Below are positions 39,401 through 47,900 of a stretch of DNA of 64,000 nucleotides, piece by piece (position 1 is the first letter of the stretch; each line of letters starts with the position of its first letter). The stretch covers positions 8,707 to 72,706 of the forward strand of contig CANJPX010000003.1 in assembly GCA_947476185.1 (NCBI GenBank), in the 5' to 3' direction. Source of the DNA: Bacteroidota bacterium. Its GTDB lineage: Bacteria > Bacteroidota > Bacteroidia > 2-12-FULL-35-15. The notes under the pieces are model-generated. The model did not search any database. It had not been told where the DNA came from and saw nothing but the letters and a program-made list of their open reading frames with translations. The translations under genes were made by a program, and so were the position numbers.

Positions 39401-39739
39401 GCCGGTAAAGTGAAACACCCACATTCCGGGTAATGTTCCTCCACTACAAGTACTGCTACCTATTTGAGCAGGACATAATTGTGAAATTTCTGTTCCTCCA
39501 GGATTTGTAACATTAACGGTTGCAAGAACATTTCCACCGCAAGTGCTGGTACAGGTTATCGATTGTGAAACACCGGGATCAAAACCAAGGCAATCCACAA
39601 ATAAATTTAGATTAAGTTGATATTGATTTCCGCCTAAACAAACATAGCTTAAGTCGCCACCTGCAATGTGGGAAGCTTTTAATGTTTGAGAAAAAAAGAT
39701 TGTACTGGCAAAAATGATCAGGGGGAGGATTTTTTTCAT
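36437..39739 (-). CDS. giant T9SS type B cargo (gliding-motility-associated C-terminal domain protein)
   Basis: 1100 aa. It has a signal peptide then SHIAGGDLSYVCLGGNQYQLNLNLFVDC, an N-terminal block common in this protein class. It also has several Ig-like modules (..ICPGVPTMLNATGASQYVWSP..) and a C-terminal NIFTPNGDGKNDEFKI...WTG...HDGTYFYII...LQLLGK CTD. Confidence 0.9.
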   Translation of the reverse strand: MKKILPLIIFASTIFFSQTLKASHIAGGDLSYVCLGGNQYQLNLNLFVDCLGFDPGVSQSITCTSTCGGNVLATVNVTNPGGTEISQLCPAQIGSSTCSGGTLPGMWVFHFTGIVTLVAPCDTWTMSWTTCCRNAAILNLVTPSSFGSYIEATLNSSTSLCNNSPSFTSQPIPYVCQGQLVNYNYGVVETDGDSLYFSLINAMDAGAAPLVYTAGYSATSPIPGIVIDPNTGQLTFTPLTLGNFVVVVLVKEYDAAGNLIGTVMRDIQFIVQACSNIVPDPAPVAGSIAGLTGTAVLSGPYSLEMCEGSTFSFNATFTDSNLGDTLSYISNILAVLPGAIVTTSGTNPFIITISWIAPGGSAGTNTTFTVTINDGACPVLGQQTFVYDVNVNPRTLGGSDQIICGTQTASLAGTGGSVFNWSVISGPPMVVGTNFSCNPCSNPLASPSATTTYEVVSDLSGTCVNKDTVTVTVVADFSLTTVQSASTSCLLQPIQFDASATPGGTYTYSWSPSTYLDDPSISNPTATITSPGTYTYYVNITSPLGCVKTDTASIVINASYPPNPVSYISDSIVCVGDTVLLGVTFGASVPSVCGTNPVGCAATLMAQVGAGVATNTPTSWPAPYANWYTSGKHQMLFLASELNAAGISGGKIDQIDFDVIAINGISLYHNYTINMGCTNLTALTTWVTGLSNVYTPKNFTVTVGWNAHNFDMAYEWDGISNLVVEICFNEGPPYPNYTQSCTSPYTTTPFVSCLYNYSDSSPMCPDLGSATAISNRPNIRFYYCGAAPDSSVYSYLWAPPIGIFTPTNQTTGAVPAANTQYYVIVTDTVSGCFDTAYVDVVANVSILSVDAGNDVTICPGVPTMLNATGASQYVWSPIGTLSNPLISNPFANPAVTTTYTVSGTSQCAAGASIDSVTVIVPLVSPLTIDAGNNQEVCVGSMFNLESIVAGGYGGNSYSWTLISGLSADSIYNSNSSTAHVTPSAPATNVYQVIVTDACGVVTIDTVMVDILLDCDLTIPNIFTPNGDGKNDEFKITANGIKTYSIVIYNRWGKKEFESDDITKSWTGSNAHDGTYFYIISAESINGKKFDNKGYLQLLGK

Positions 39740-39780
39740 TTTATTCTATGTGAAGTGAAATTAAAGTTATGCAATAATAC

Positions 39781-39831
39781 AATAAAAACAAAAACGGTAT
39801 CAAGACCTAAAAATAGTTTTGATATCGTTTT
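39781..39831 (-). terminator. weak hairpin / possible leaky terminator after the anti-sigma-like gene
   Basis: aaaacggtatcaagac (39791..39806) / gttttgatatcgtttt (39816..39831). On the minus-strand RNA the stem has two A-C mismatches and is followed by TGTTTTTATT. Confidence 0.3.
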
Positions 39832-40016
39832 GTTAAACACCTATTGGAGTACCAATAAATCTCAAAATATTTTTAAAAAATTGGAAACACCGGCAACAAA
39901 AATCATGCATGTAGTGGTGGTAGAGCTAAAAACAGGATTAATATTTTTGAATTTTTTTGCCTGACGTTGGATCATGCAAATACAAATTCTTCCCGATGCC
40001 CCAATCTTTTTTGTTT

Positions 40017-40973
40017 TTATCTTGTTAAATTAATCTTTCCTTCTTGTTTATATTTTTTCCCATCAGCACCAATCGCAGAAATTATATATAAATAAGTTCC
40101 CTCTTTTGCTTTTTCACCTTTCATATTTTTTCCATCCCACTTTCCATCAATTCCTTTGTAATCATAAACAATATTTCCCTTTTTATCATAAATGGTTGCA
40201 CTCATGTTCACAATGTTTTTACTCTGAAATGCAAAAAGGTCATTTACTCCATCATCATTCGGTGAGAATTCTCTCTGATTTGAGTAAATAGAAGAGTTAC
40301 TAAATGCTTCAACCCTTAAGCTATCAATGGCTGTTTTCCCATCTGCCCCAGTAGAAGTAAGCGTAATGGTATAAATTCCGGGTTCATCAAAATATTTTAC
40401 AGGATTAGCCCCGGCCATTGGTTTAGTACCATCATTGAACGTCCATTTGTTTATTTTACCATTACCTATATTAGAAAGATTGATTATCAAAGGAACTGCA
40501 CCGCCAACACAACTTGAAGAAATAGAGGCAATCCGTTCATCTGACAATAATGCTTCGATCGCTTTTTTATCCTTTTTAATTGTTACTGCAACTTTTGTAT
40601 CAATTGATTCTGTCGCGTTCTTAACAACAGGGGTTTCTTTTGTAGTATTTGAAAGGAAATTTTTTATTTCATCTACTGTAGGTTTTGGCGTTTCTAAAAT
40701 TACAATCGGTTCAGTCTTCGCTTTTGTCACTTTAGTACCATTCTTATTATCTGTTCCGTTCATAACAAAAACAGTTGTAAGCACTGCGGCGGCAGAAGAC
40801 ACAACTGCAATAATCGCATTTGAACCTATTTTGTTAAGTAGCATTTTAGCAATAACGCCCAACCCGACACCCTTCAGACCTGTTTGGATATTTTTCCAAA
40901 CACTCGGACTAACCTCTGCTTCAAAGTTTTCGAAAGAATCTTTGAAAAAATCTTCTAAATTGTTTTTCTTCAT
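40017..40973 (-). CDS. single-pass membrane, anti-sigma-like protein with PKD module and T9SS type B C-terminal domain
   Basis: 318 aa. Its start lies 5 nt after the sigma-factor stop. It has a polar N-terminus MKKNNLEDFFKDSFENFEAEVSPSVWKNIQTGLKG, hydrophobic AIIAVVSSAAAVLTTVFVM, a K/T/E-rich linker and PKD-like WTFNDGT..GIYTITLTS. The C-terminal FSPNDDGVNDLFAF...WDGKNMKGEKAKEGTYLYIISAIG...INLTR aligns with the CTDs of the giant proteins. Confidence 0.75.
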   Translation of the reverse strand: MKKNNLEDFFKDSFENFEAEVSPSVWKNIQTGLKGVGLGVIAKMLLNKIGSNAIIAVVSSAAAVLTTVFVMNGTDNKNGTKVTKAKTEPIVILETPKPTVDEIKNFLSNTTKETPVVKNATESIDTKVAVTIKKDKKAIEALLSDERIASISSSCVGGAVPLIINLSNIGNGKINKWTFNDGTKPMAGANPVKYFDEPGIYTITLTSTGADGKTAIDSLRVEAFSNSSIYSNQREFSPNDDGVNDLFAFQSKNIVNMSATIYDKKGNIVYDYKGIDGKWDGKNMKGEKAKEGTYLYIISAIGADGKKYKQEGKINLTR

Positions 40974-40978
40974 TTTAA

Positions 40979-41506
40979 TTACCTGTCTATTGGTATAATT
41001 TTCTGTAAATATGCTTTTGCTCTTGAGTACTGTGATTTGGAGGTGCCTTCCGAAATATTAAGCATTTCCCCAATCTCCTTATGTGAATAACCTTCAATGG
41101 CATAAAGGTTAAAAACTGTTTTAAATCCAAGAGGCAGCGTTTGTATTATCTTTAATAAATCTTTCGCTGCAAAATTGTCATTAATATATGTATTAGATGG
41201 AAGCATGAACTCAACGCTATCCAGCTCAATGTTTTGTTTTAATTTTTTATTCTTACGAATATTGGTAAGCGCTGTATTTACCATTATTTTTCTTACCCAC
41301 CCCTCCAAAGAACCTGTACCCTTAAATGACCCTATGTTTTCAAAAACACTTATAAAACCATTTTGTACTACATCCTCCGCTTCCTCCGTGCTATCGCAAT
41401 ATCGAAGGCAAACACCCATCATTTTACGAGCAAATTTTTCGTATAAGTTCTTCTGAGCAATTGCATTCTTTTCGATGCACCCTTTTACTATTTGCTCATC
41501 AGTCAT
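40979..41506 (-). CDS. RNA polymerase ECF-type sigma-70 factor
   Basis: 175 aa from MTDEQIVKG (ATG at 41506). It has region 2 (AEDVVQNGFISVFENIGSF) and a region 4 HTH (FNLYAIEGYSHKEIGEMLNISEGTSKSQYSRAKAYLQ). The longer track ORF, reaching 41719, overlaps rnr and is not credible. Confidence 0.88.
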   Translation of the reverse strand: MTDEQIVKGCIEKNAIAQKNLYEKFARKMMGVCLRYCDSTEEAEDVVQNGFISVFENIGSFKGTGSLEGWVRKIMVNTALTNIRKNKKLKQNIELDSVEFMLPSNTYINDNFAAKDLLKIIQTLPLGFKTVFNLYAIEGYSHKEIGEMLNISEGTSKSQYSRAKAYLQKIIPIDR

Positions 41507-41622
41507 ATTCGATTTCTGTTGTGTAGATGCAAAGTTGCAATATTTGGTTGCACGAAGAAAAATTTTTTTAGATTTTATCAACAAATCACTATTTATCCAT
41601 AAATCAATAGCACTTTTGGTGT

Positions 41623-44046
41623 ATGGCAAAGAAGTATAGTAGCAAACCAGAAGGGAAAAAAAAGAGTTTTTTTTTCGAAGAGATACTAAAAGTATTGTCT
41701 TCAAACAGAAATAAATCACTCAATTACAAGCAGATAGCTTCGGAACTCCATATTACAGATTTTGCTCAACGACAAATTATCAATGTTGTTTTAGAGGAAT
41801 TAAAAAACAAAGGCCTGGTTCAAGAGCCTGAACGAGGAAAATTTATTATAAAAAGTGTTGAGATGTTCATTACCGGCAAAGTGGATATGACATCTTCAGG
41901 CAACGCTTATATTATTTCGGAAGAAACGGAAGAAGATGTTGTTGTTGCGCCTAAAAAGACACTCAATGCAATGCATGGTGATATTGTTAAGGTGCGGATA
42001 TTCCCAAAGGGCAAGGGAAAACAGGAAGGTGAAATAGTTGAAGTACTTGAAAGAGCTAAAATAAAATTTGTTGGAACAATTCAAATCTCTCCTCGTTTTG
42101 CTTTTCTTGTGCCAAGCAATAACAAGGTCCATGTCGATATTTACATTCCTCTTGACAAGTTAAATCGCGCTAAAAACGGGCAAAAAGCAATTGCCAAGAT
42201 CACTGAATGGCCAAAAAATGGGGTGAATCCTATTGGAGAAATTATTGAAGTGCTTGGTGACGTAGGGGAAAACAACACAGAAATGCATGCCATTCTTGCT
42301 GAATTTGGCTTGCCATACGAGTTTCCAAAGGATGTAGAACGGTCGGCAGATCTTATTCCTATTAAGATAACTGCAGAAGAGATTTCTAAAAGGCGTGATT
42401 TCCGAGATATAACAACATTTACCATCGACCCTGTTGATGCAAAAGATTTTGATGATGCTTTATCGATACAAAAATTAAAAAACGGAAACTGGGAAATAGG
42501 CGTTCACATTGCTGATGTAAGCCATTATGTAAAACCTTCCTCCATGATCGACCAGGAAGCAATTTCACGCGCTACCTCCGTTTACCTTGTTGACAGAGTT
42601 GTTCCAATGCTTCCGGAAGTTTTATCAAACAACGTTTGTTCTCTTCGCCCACACGAAGAAAAATTATGTTTCTCGGCCGTTTTTGAAATGACCGATGATG
42701 CAGAAGTTGTTGCGGAGTGGTTTGGCAGGACCATCATCAATTCTGACAGACGCTTTACATATGAAGAAGCCCAGCTGGTGATCGAAACTGAAGAAGGCGA
42801 TTTCTGTGATGAAATTCTGACACTAGATAAATTATCAAAAACATTAAGAGCCAATCGTTTTAAAAAAGGTAGTATCGCATTTGAAAAACTGGAAGTTAAA
42901 TTTCATCTTGATGAGAATGGAAATCCTACCGGTGTATTTTTCAAGACAGCAAAAGATTCTAATCAGTTGATCGAAGATTTTATGCTTCTTGCTAATAGAA
43001 AAGTAGCGGAATTTGTAGGTAAGAAGAAACAAGAGCCAAGAACAAAGGGTCAAGAGCCTAAAGAAAATAGCAAAGAGTCCCAAAGGCCTTTTGTATATCG
43101 GATTCACGACAAACCTAATCCGGATAAACTTGCAAACTTTTCGGAGTTTGTTGCAAAATTCGGGTATAAATTAAATGTAAAAAACATCAATACAGTTGCC
43201 GATTCTTTAAATAATTTACTGAAAGAAGTGAATGAGAAAAAGGAATCAGGGATGATCGAGATGCTTGCAATACGTACTATGGCGAAAGCGGTTTATACTA
43301 CAAAAAATATCGGCCATTACGGATTGGGTTTTGATTATTATACTCACTTTACTTCACCAATACGCAGATATCCTGATGTGATGGTACATCGATTACTACA
43401 ACATTATTTGGATGGCGGCAAAAACCCTGATATCGATAAATTGGAAGAACAGTGCAAACACTCTTCCGAAATGGAAAAACTTGCAGCTGATGCGGAGCGG
43501 GCTTCCATTAAATACAAACAGGTCCAATATTTAACAGATAAAATAGGTCAGGAATTTGATGGTGTCATTTCGGGTGTAACAGAGTGGGGGATTTTTGTGG
43601 AGATCATCGAAAATCATTGCGAAGGAATGGTTCGTTTGCGCGAATTGCGTGATGACAATTATTATTTTGATGAAGATAATTATTGTTTACGTGGCAGAAA
43701 ATTTGGAAAAGTATTAACGCTTGGCGATACTGTTAGAATAGAAATAAAGCGTGCCGACCTTGTTAAGAAACAACTGGATTTTGCATTGGTAGAAGTGTTT
43801 GAAGAAACAAATAAGAATCAAGAATCAAGACACAAGAATCAAGACAAAGGACAAAACAGCAAACTTTCAAAACGCGAACAACACAAAGCGAAAAATAAAA
43901 ACTTTAAAGAGGAAATGAAATCCGCAACTGAGCGAAATTCACAAAATAAAAAACCGCTGGACTCAGAGGTTGCAAAGCCTGAAAATAAACGACAAAAACC
44001 TTCTACCGGAAATCCGTTTGTTGATGAATGGGGGTTTGAGGTTTAA
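41623..44046 (+). CDS. rnr: ribonuclease R
   Basis: 807 aa. It has an N-terminal HTH-like region, cold-shock domains, and RNB catalytic blocks FTIDPVDAKDFDDALS and HYGLGFDYYTHFTSPIRRYPDVMVHR. It also has an S1 domain (GVISGVTEWGIFVEI) and a Lys/Gln/Asn-rich tail. Confidence 0.93.
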   Translation: MAKKYSSKPEGKKKSFFFEEILKVLSSNRNKSLNYKQIASELHITDFAQRQIINVVLEELKNKGLVQEPERGKFIIKSVEMFITGKVDMTSSGNAYIISEETEEDVVVAPKKTLNAMHGDIVKVRIFPKGKGKQEGEIVEVLERAKIKFVGTIQISPRFAFLVPSNNKVHVDIYIPLDKLNRAKNGQKAIAKITEWPKNGVNPIGEIIEVLGDVGENNTEMHAILAEFGLPYEFPKDVERSADLIPIKITAEEISKRRDFRDITTFTIDPVDAKDFDDALSIQKLKNGNWEIGVHIADVSHYVKPSSMIDQEAISRATSVYLVDRVVPMLPEVLSNNVCSLRPHEEKLCFSAVFEMTDDAEVVAEWFGRTIINSDRRFTYEEAQLVIETEEGDFCDEILTLDKLSKTLRANRFKKGSIAFEKLEVKFHLDENGNPTGVFFKTAKDSNQLIEDFMLLANRKVAEFVGKKKQEPRTKGQEPKENSKESQRPFVYRIHDKPNPDKLANFSEFVAKFGYKLNVKNINTVADSLNNLLKEVNEKKESGMIEMLAIRTMAKAVYTTKNIGHYGLGFDYYTHFTSPIRRYPDVMVHRLLQHYLDGGKNPDIDKLEEQCKHSSEMEKLAADAERASIKYKQVQYLTDKIGQEFDGVISGVTEWGIFVEIIENHCEGMVRLRELRDDNYYFDEDNYCLRGRKFGKVLTLGDTVRIEIKRADLVKKQLDFALVEVFEETNKNQESRHKNQDKGQNSKLSKREQHKAKNKNFKEEMKSATERNSQNKKPLDSEVAKPENKRQKPSTGNPFVDEWGFEV

Positions 44047-44105
44047 GCACTTCGGATTACAAGTGTTTACACGGATAAAAAAATAAAAACTATATAATTA
44101 AAAAC

Positions 44106-44138
44106 AAAAACGCTCCGAAATTATCCGAAGCGTTTTTT
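44106..44138. terminator. bidirectional intrinsic terminator between rnr and the response regulator gene
   Basis: aaaaacgct (44106..44114) / agcgttttt (44129..44137), with an inner cg/cg extension, an A-run on the left and a T-run on the right. Confidence 0.65.
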
Positions 44139-44145
44139 AAAATAT

Positions 44146-44172
44146 ATCTGTGTAAATCTGGATAATCTGTGG
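44146..44172 (-). repeat. three tandem CCACAGATT-type units (reverse strand)
   Basis: The reverse complement reads ccacagatt atccagatt tacacagat, with a 9-10 bp period. It sits between the terminator and the stop of 44181..44933. Confidence 0.5.
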
Positions 44173-44180
44173 TTAAACCC

Positions 44181-44933
44181 TTAGATCATATTCAATCTTT
44201 TTGCAAGGTCATCTTTATAAGAACCACCGATCGGAATTAATTTTTTGTCTTCTTCCAAAATTAAATTCGGTTGTTCGATAGCAACGATCTTATCGATACG
44301 CACAATAAAAGAGCGGTGAACACGGATAAAATCACTTGCTGGTAATTTTTTCTCGATATCCTTCATCGTAGAGTGGATCGTATATCTGGCACTGTTGGTA
44401 TTAATTACTACATAATCTTTTAGTGCCTCAACAAAAAAAATATCGCTGGTCTTTACCTTCACCAAACGAGAATTTGATTTCACAAAAATGATATCTTTCG
44501 ATTCTTTATTTTCAACAATAGAATATAAGAAATCTCTTTCTTTTTTTACATCTGTTTCTTTCTCGTGCTTATAGATGGCCATTTCAATTGACGTATGCAG
44601 ATCAATTTCTTTAAATGGCTTGATGATATAACCGTATGGTTCCGAAACTTTTGCTTTGCTTAAGGTACTTTCATCCGCATAAGCGGTAAGGTAAATAATC
44701 GGAATATTAAGTTTTTCGCGAATTTGTCCGGCCGCTTCAATCCCGCTCATGTCGCCTTTTAACATGATATCCATTAGCACAAGATCCGGTTTTAATTCTT
44801 CCGCAACCTTGATCGCATCTTCACCTGTTGAACACATTCCAACTACAGTATATCCAAGTTTTTTGAGGCTATGTTGAATGTCTTTGGCAACAATGCTTTC
44901 GTCTTCAACTATTAGAATGTTTGTTTTTGACAT
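44181..44933 (-). CDS. LytR/AlgR-family response regulator (receiver + LytTR DNA-binding domain)
   Basis: 250 aa. The receiver has DLVLMDIML and a conserved K (IIKPF). The C-terminal LytTR block is FIRVHRSFIVRIDKI. Confidence 0.9.
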   Translation of the reverse strand: MSKTNILIVEDESIVAKDIQHSLKKLGYTVVGMCSTGEDAIKVAEELKPDLVLMDIMLKGDMSGIEAAGQIREKLNIPIIYLTAYADESTLSKAKVSEPYGYIIKPFKEIDLHTSIEMAIYKHEKETDVKKERDFLYSIVENKESKDIIFVKSNSRLVKVKTSDIFFVEALKDYVVINTNSARYTIHSTMKDIEKKLPASDFIRVHRSFIVRIDKIVAIEQPNLILEEDKKLIPIGGSYKDDLAKRLNMI

Positions 44934-44934
44934 T

Positions 44935-47900
44935 TTATATTCGGTTTTTTATTTGATTTTGTTTAAACTTAATGCGATAGTTTGTTCCTTTTTCAACATT
45001 CAATTCTATTGTTCCACTCAACTGATCGGTCAAAGTAACGACTAATTGCAATCCAAGCGATTCTGTGTTTCTGAAATCAAGATCTGCAGGCAACCCTTTA
45101 CCATTATCTCCGATATTTAATACAAGGTCATCCTCAACAACTTGCATCTTAATGGTTATCTCTCCATCCCGACTGTTTTCGACAAAAGCGTACTTTAATG
45201 CGTTAGAAACTATTTCATTAATGATTAACCCGCAAGGAATTGCCAGGTCTAAATTAAGAAAAACATTTTGAATGTCAAGGTTTAATTTAATTTCATTGTC
45301 AAAATTCGAATACGAGTGAATCAAATTTTGTGAAAGATTTACAACATATTCGGTAAAATTAATGCTTGAAAAGTCTTTTGTTTGGTATAAACTTTCGTGA
45401 ATAAAGGCCATTGACTTGATCCTATTCTGGCTTTCTTTTAAAATATCAAGTGTCGCTTCATCTTTCACATAAGAAGATTGAAGGTTCAGTATACTTGAGA
45501 TCACCTGTAAATTATTTTTTACACGATGGTGAACCTCTTTTAATAGTATTTCTTTCTCTTGTAAGGATTGGCGTATGCGTTCTTCCGATATCTTTTTCTC
45601 TGTAACATCGTGGCCTATGCCGGAAACTTCCAGAACCTGTCCGGAATCATCAGATATAGGATTTAAATAAATTTCACTCCAACTTTCATTTCCATTTTTT
45701 TCGATGAATTGAGTTTCAAAATATTGCGGCTCACCGGCAAATGCTTTTTCATATTTTTTTATCCAAAAATTATTATGCTCCTGGGATGAAACAGAGTCTC
45801 CGGAGATCATCGATAATCCAACTTTCGCACGAATCCCATATCTGTTCATCAATTGTTTGTCGTAATTATGGTTATAGGTAGTCAGACAAATGTTTTTGTC
45901 AACAGTCCAAATAACGTGGGAGCTACTTTCGATAATTGCATTAAATTTTGCCGATTGAGAGCGTAACGTTTCATCTGCTTTCTTCAATTGTGAGATGTCC
46001 CTAGAAACACCCATTGCACCGATCACTTCTCCTTCATCATTTTTTAGAATAGAGGCAGACAAATAGGCAACGAATTTTTCTCCATTTTTTCTGATATTGG
46101 TTACCTCTCCCGCATATACCCCTTTTTTATATAACTCTTCATCGGTAATTTTTATCCTCTCGTTTGGATCCTCGTATAGCATGCTCACGTGTTTCCCTAA
46201 TACTTCACTAGCTGTGTACCCAAATGTATTTTGTGCTGCCTGATTAAATTCTGTTATCAACCCTTTACGATCAGACGCGCAAATCATGTCGATAGAACCG
46301 TTGATAATTAAACGGGTATATTTTTGAGATTCTAATAACTTTAATTGTATTACTTTCCTTGTGGTAATTTCTTGCTCCAACAATGCATTGGTTTCTTCGG
46401 CCATTTGAGCTCTTAACTGCTCTTTGGCAAGTTGTTTTTCTATTCCGATCTTATGCATTGTTACCTGAATAGCTTCGATTCCATCGTATCTAACGTGTTC
46501 GGCCTGTAATTCTAACTCCACCATATTCCCTTTTGCCGTTTTTACTGTCGTCACTCTGAAAGTGCGAGACTCCAGAGGATAGTTGGCCTGCATACGCCCC
46601 TTCACCTCCTCATGAAATTCGGGATGAATGAAATCCAAAACTGTTTTGTTTTTCAGGTCTTCATACGAATTTATTTCTACTATACTAAATGCACTTGGGT
46701 TAGCAAATGCTATTTTGCCATCGATTGGATTAAATATAAAGATCCCATCAGGAGATTTGTCAACAAGGTTTTTATAGTTTTCTCCGCTTTGTTTCAGTTC
46801 TGATTCGTAACGTTTTTTTTCATCAATATCTAAAACAAAACCTTCCAAAAACAAAAGCTTTCCATCTTCAGAAAAAACACCTTCCCCTTTTTCCAATACC
46901 CACTTTGTTTCACCTGAGGCCATAATTATCCTATATTCAATTTCAAAAGGGCATTTGTTCTTAAACGCTTTCTGAATTTTTTCTTTTAGCAACTGTGCGT
47001 CATCAGGGTGGGTAATATCCGCAAACGACATTTTTTTATTATCTACAACATCTTTTGGGTCGTACCCGGTAAGCTCTTTAAACCCTTTACTAACAAAACG
47101 CATTGTCCAATTTTTATCATTGTCGCAACGATATGCCATTCCCGGAAGGTTATTCATCAAAGTGGAGAGGGCTCGCTCACTTTCTTTTAATATTCTTTCA
47201 GTGTTTTTCCGCTGTGAAATATTATTAAAGATCGTTTGTATTCCCTTTTTTCCCTTGTGGAAAACCAGTTTAGACTTGATCTCAATGTCTAATATCTCAC
47301 CGGCCGGTGTTTTAACCTCAATTTCAAAAAAGTGCAATATTTCACCATTCAATACACGTTTTGCACGATCAGTTATTTCTTTGTGATATTTTGGAAGGAT
47401 GTAATTATGAATGTTCAGGTTAGTAACCTTTTCAATATTTTTCTCCTTTATACCGAAAATTTCAAAAGCCGCCTTGTTAGCAAAAACAACAACAAAGTCA
47501 ACATAAATTATTACACCACTTGGAATTTCCTGTAAAAAGTGAATGTGGCTTTCTTCGCCTTCTCTTGATTTCTCTTCGCTTAATTTTTGTGCTGTGATAT
47601 CTCTTGAGATCCCTTCAATAGCTACCATGCGTTTATTGTCATCAAACACAGGTTTACTCCGTGTTTCCGTCCAAATGATGCTGCCGTCTTTTTTGATCCA
47701 CCTGACAATAATTTCCGGGCCCTTGATATTGCTGACCTTTGCTTTGCTTTTTAATAATTTTTCTGACTCACCCAGCAAAGGGACATCATCCGGGTGAATA
47801 ATTTTGAATCCTAAAAAAGGGTCTTTATAAAAATCTTCCGCTGAGTAGCCGGTAATGTCTTTCACAGAGGGGCTAACATATTCATACCGAACTTCAGGAA

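Noticed and set aside
39686-39964. 92-aa plus-strand ORF running from inside the 5' end of the 1100-aa gene into the 277-bp spacer.
   Set aside because: It starts antisense within a real gene. The sequence is low-complexity and AT-driven with no recognisable motif or upstream TAnnTTTG box. The region is better explained as a spacer holding a hairpin and the adhesin promoter.
40435-40998. 187-aa plus-strand ORF overlapping the anti-sigma-like gene and the end of the sigma gene.
   Set aside because: It is antisense to two tightly coupled genes with recognisable domains. Its composition mirrors the K/T/E-rich linker on the other strand.
41656-41675. An A8-GAG-T9 palindrome at the start of rnr, considered as an attenuator, terminator or slippage site.
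   Set aside because: The stem would be A-T only and therefore very weak. It lies inside the reading frame (GKKKSFFF) upstream of the conserved N-terminal HTH region, and A/T runs are common in this AT-rich sequence.
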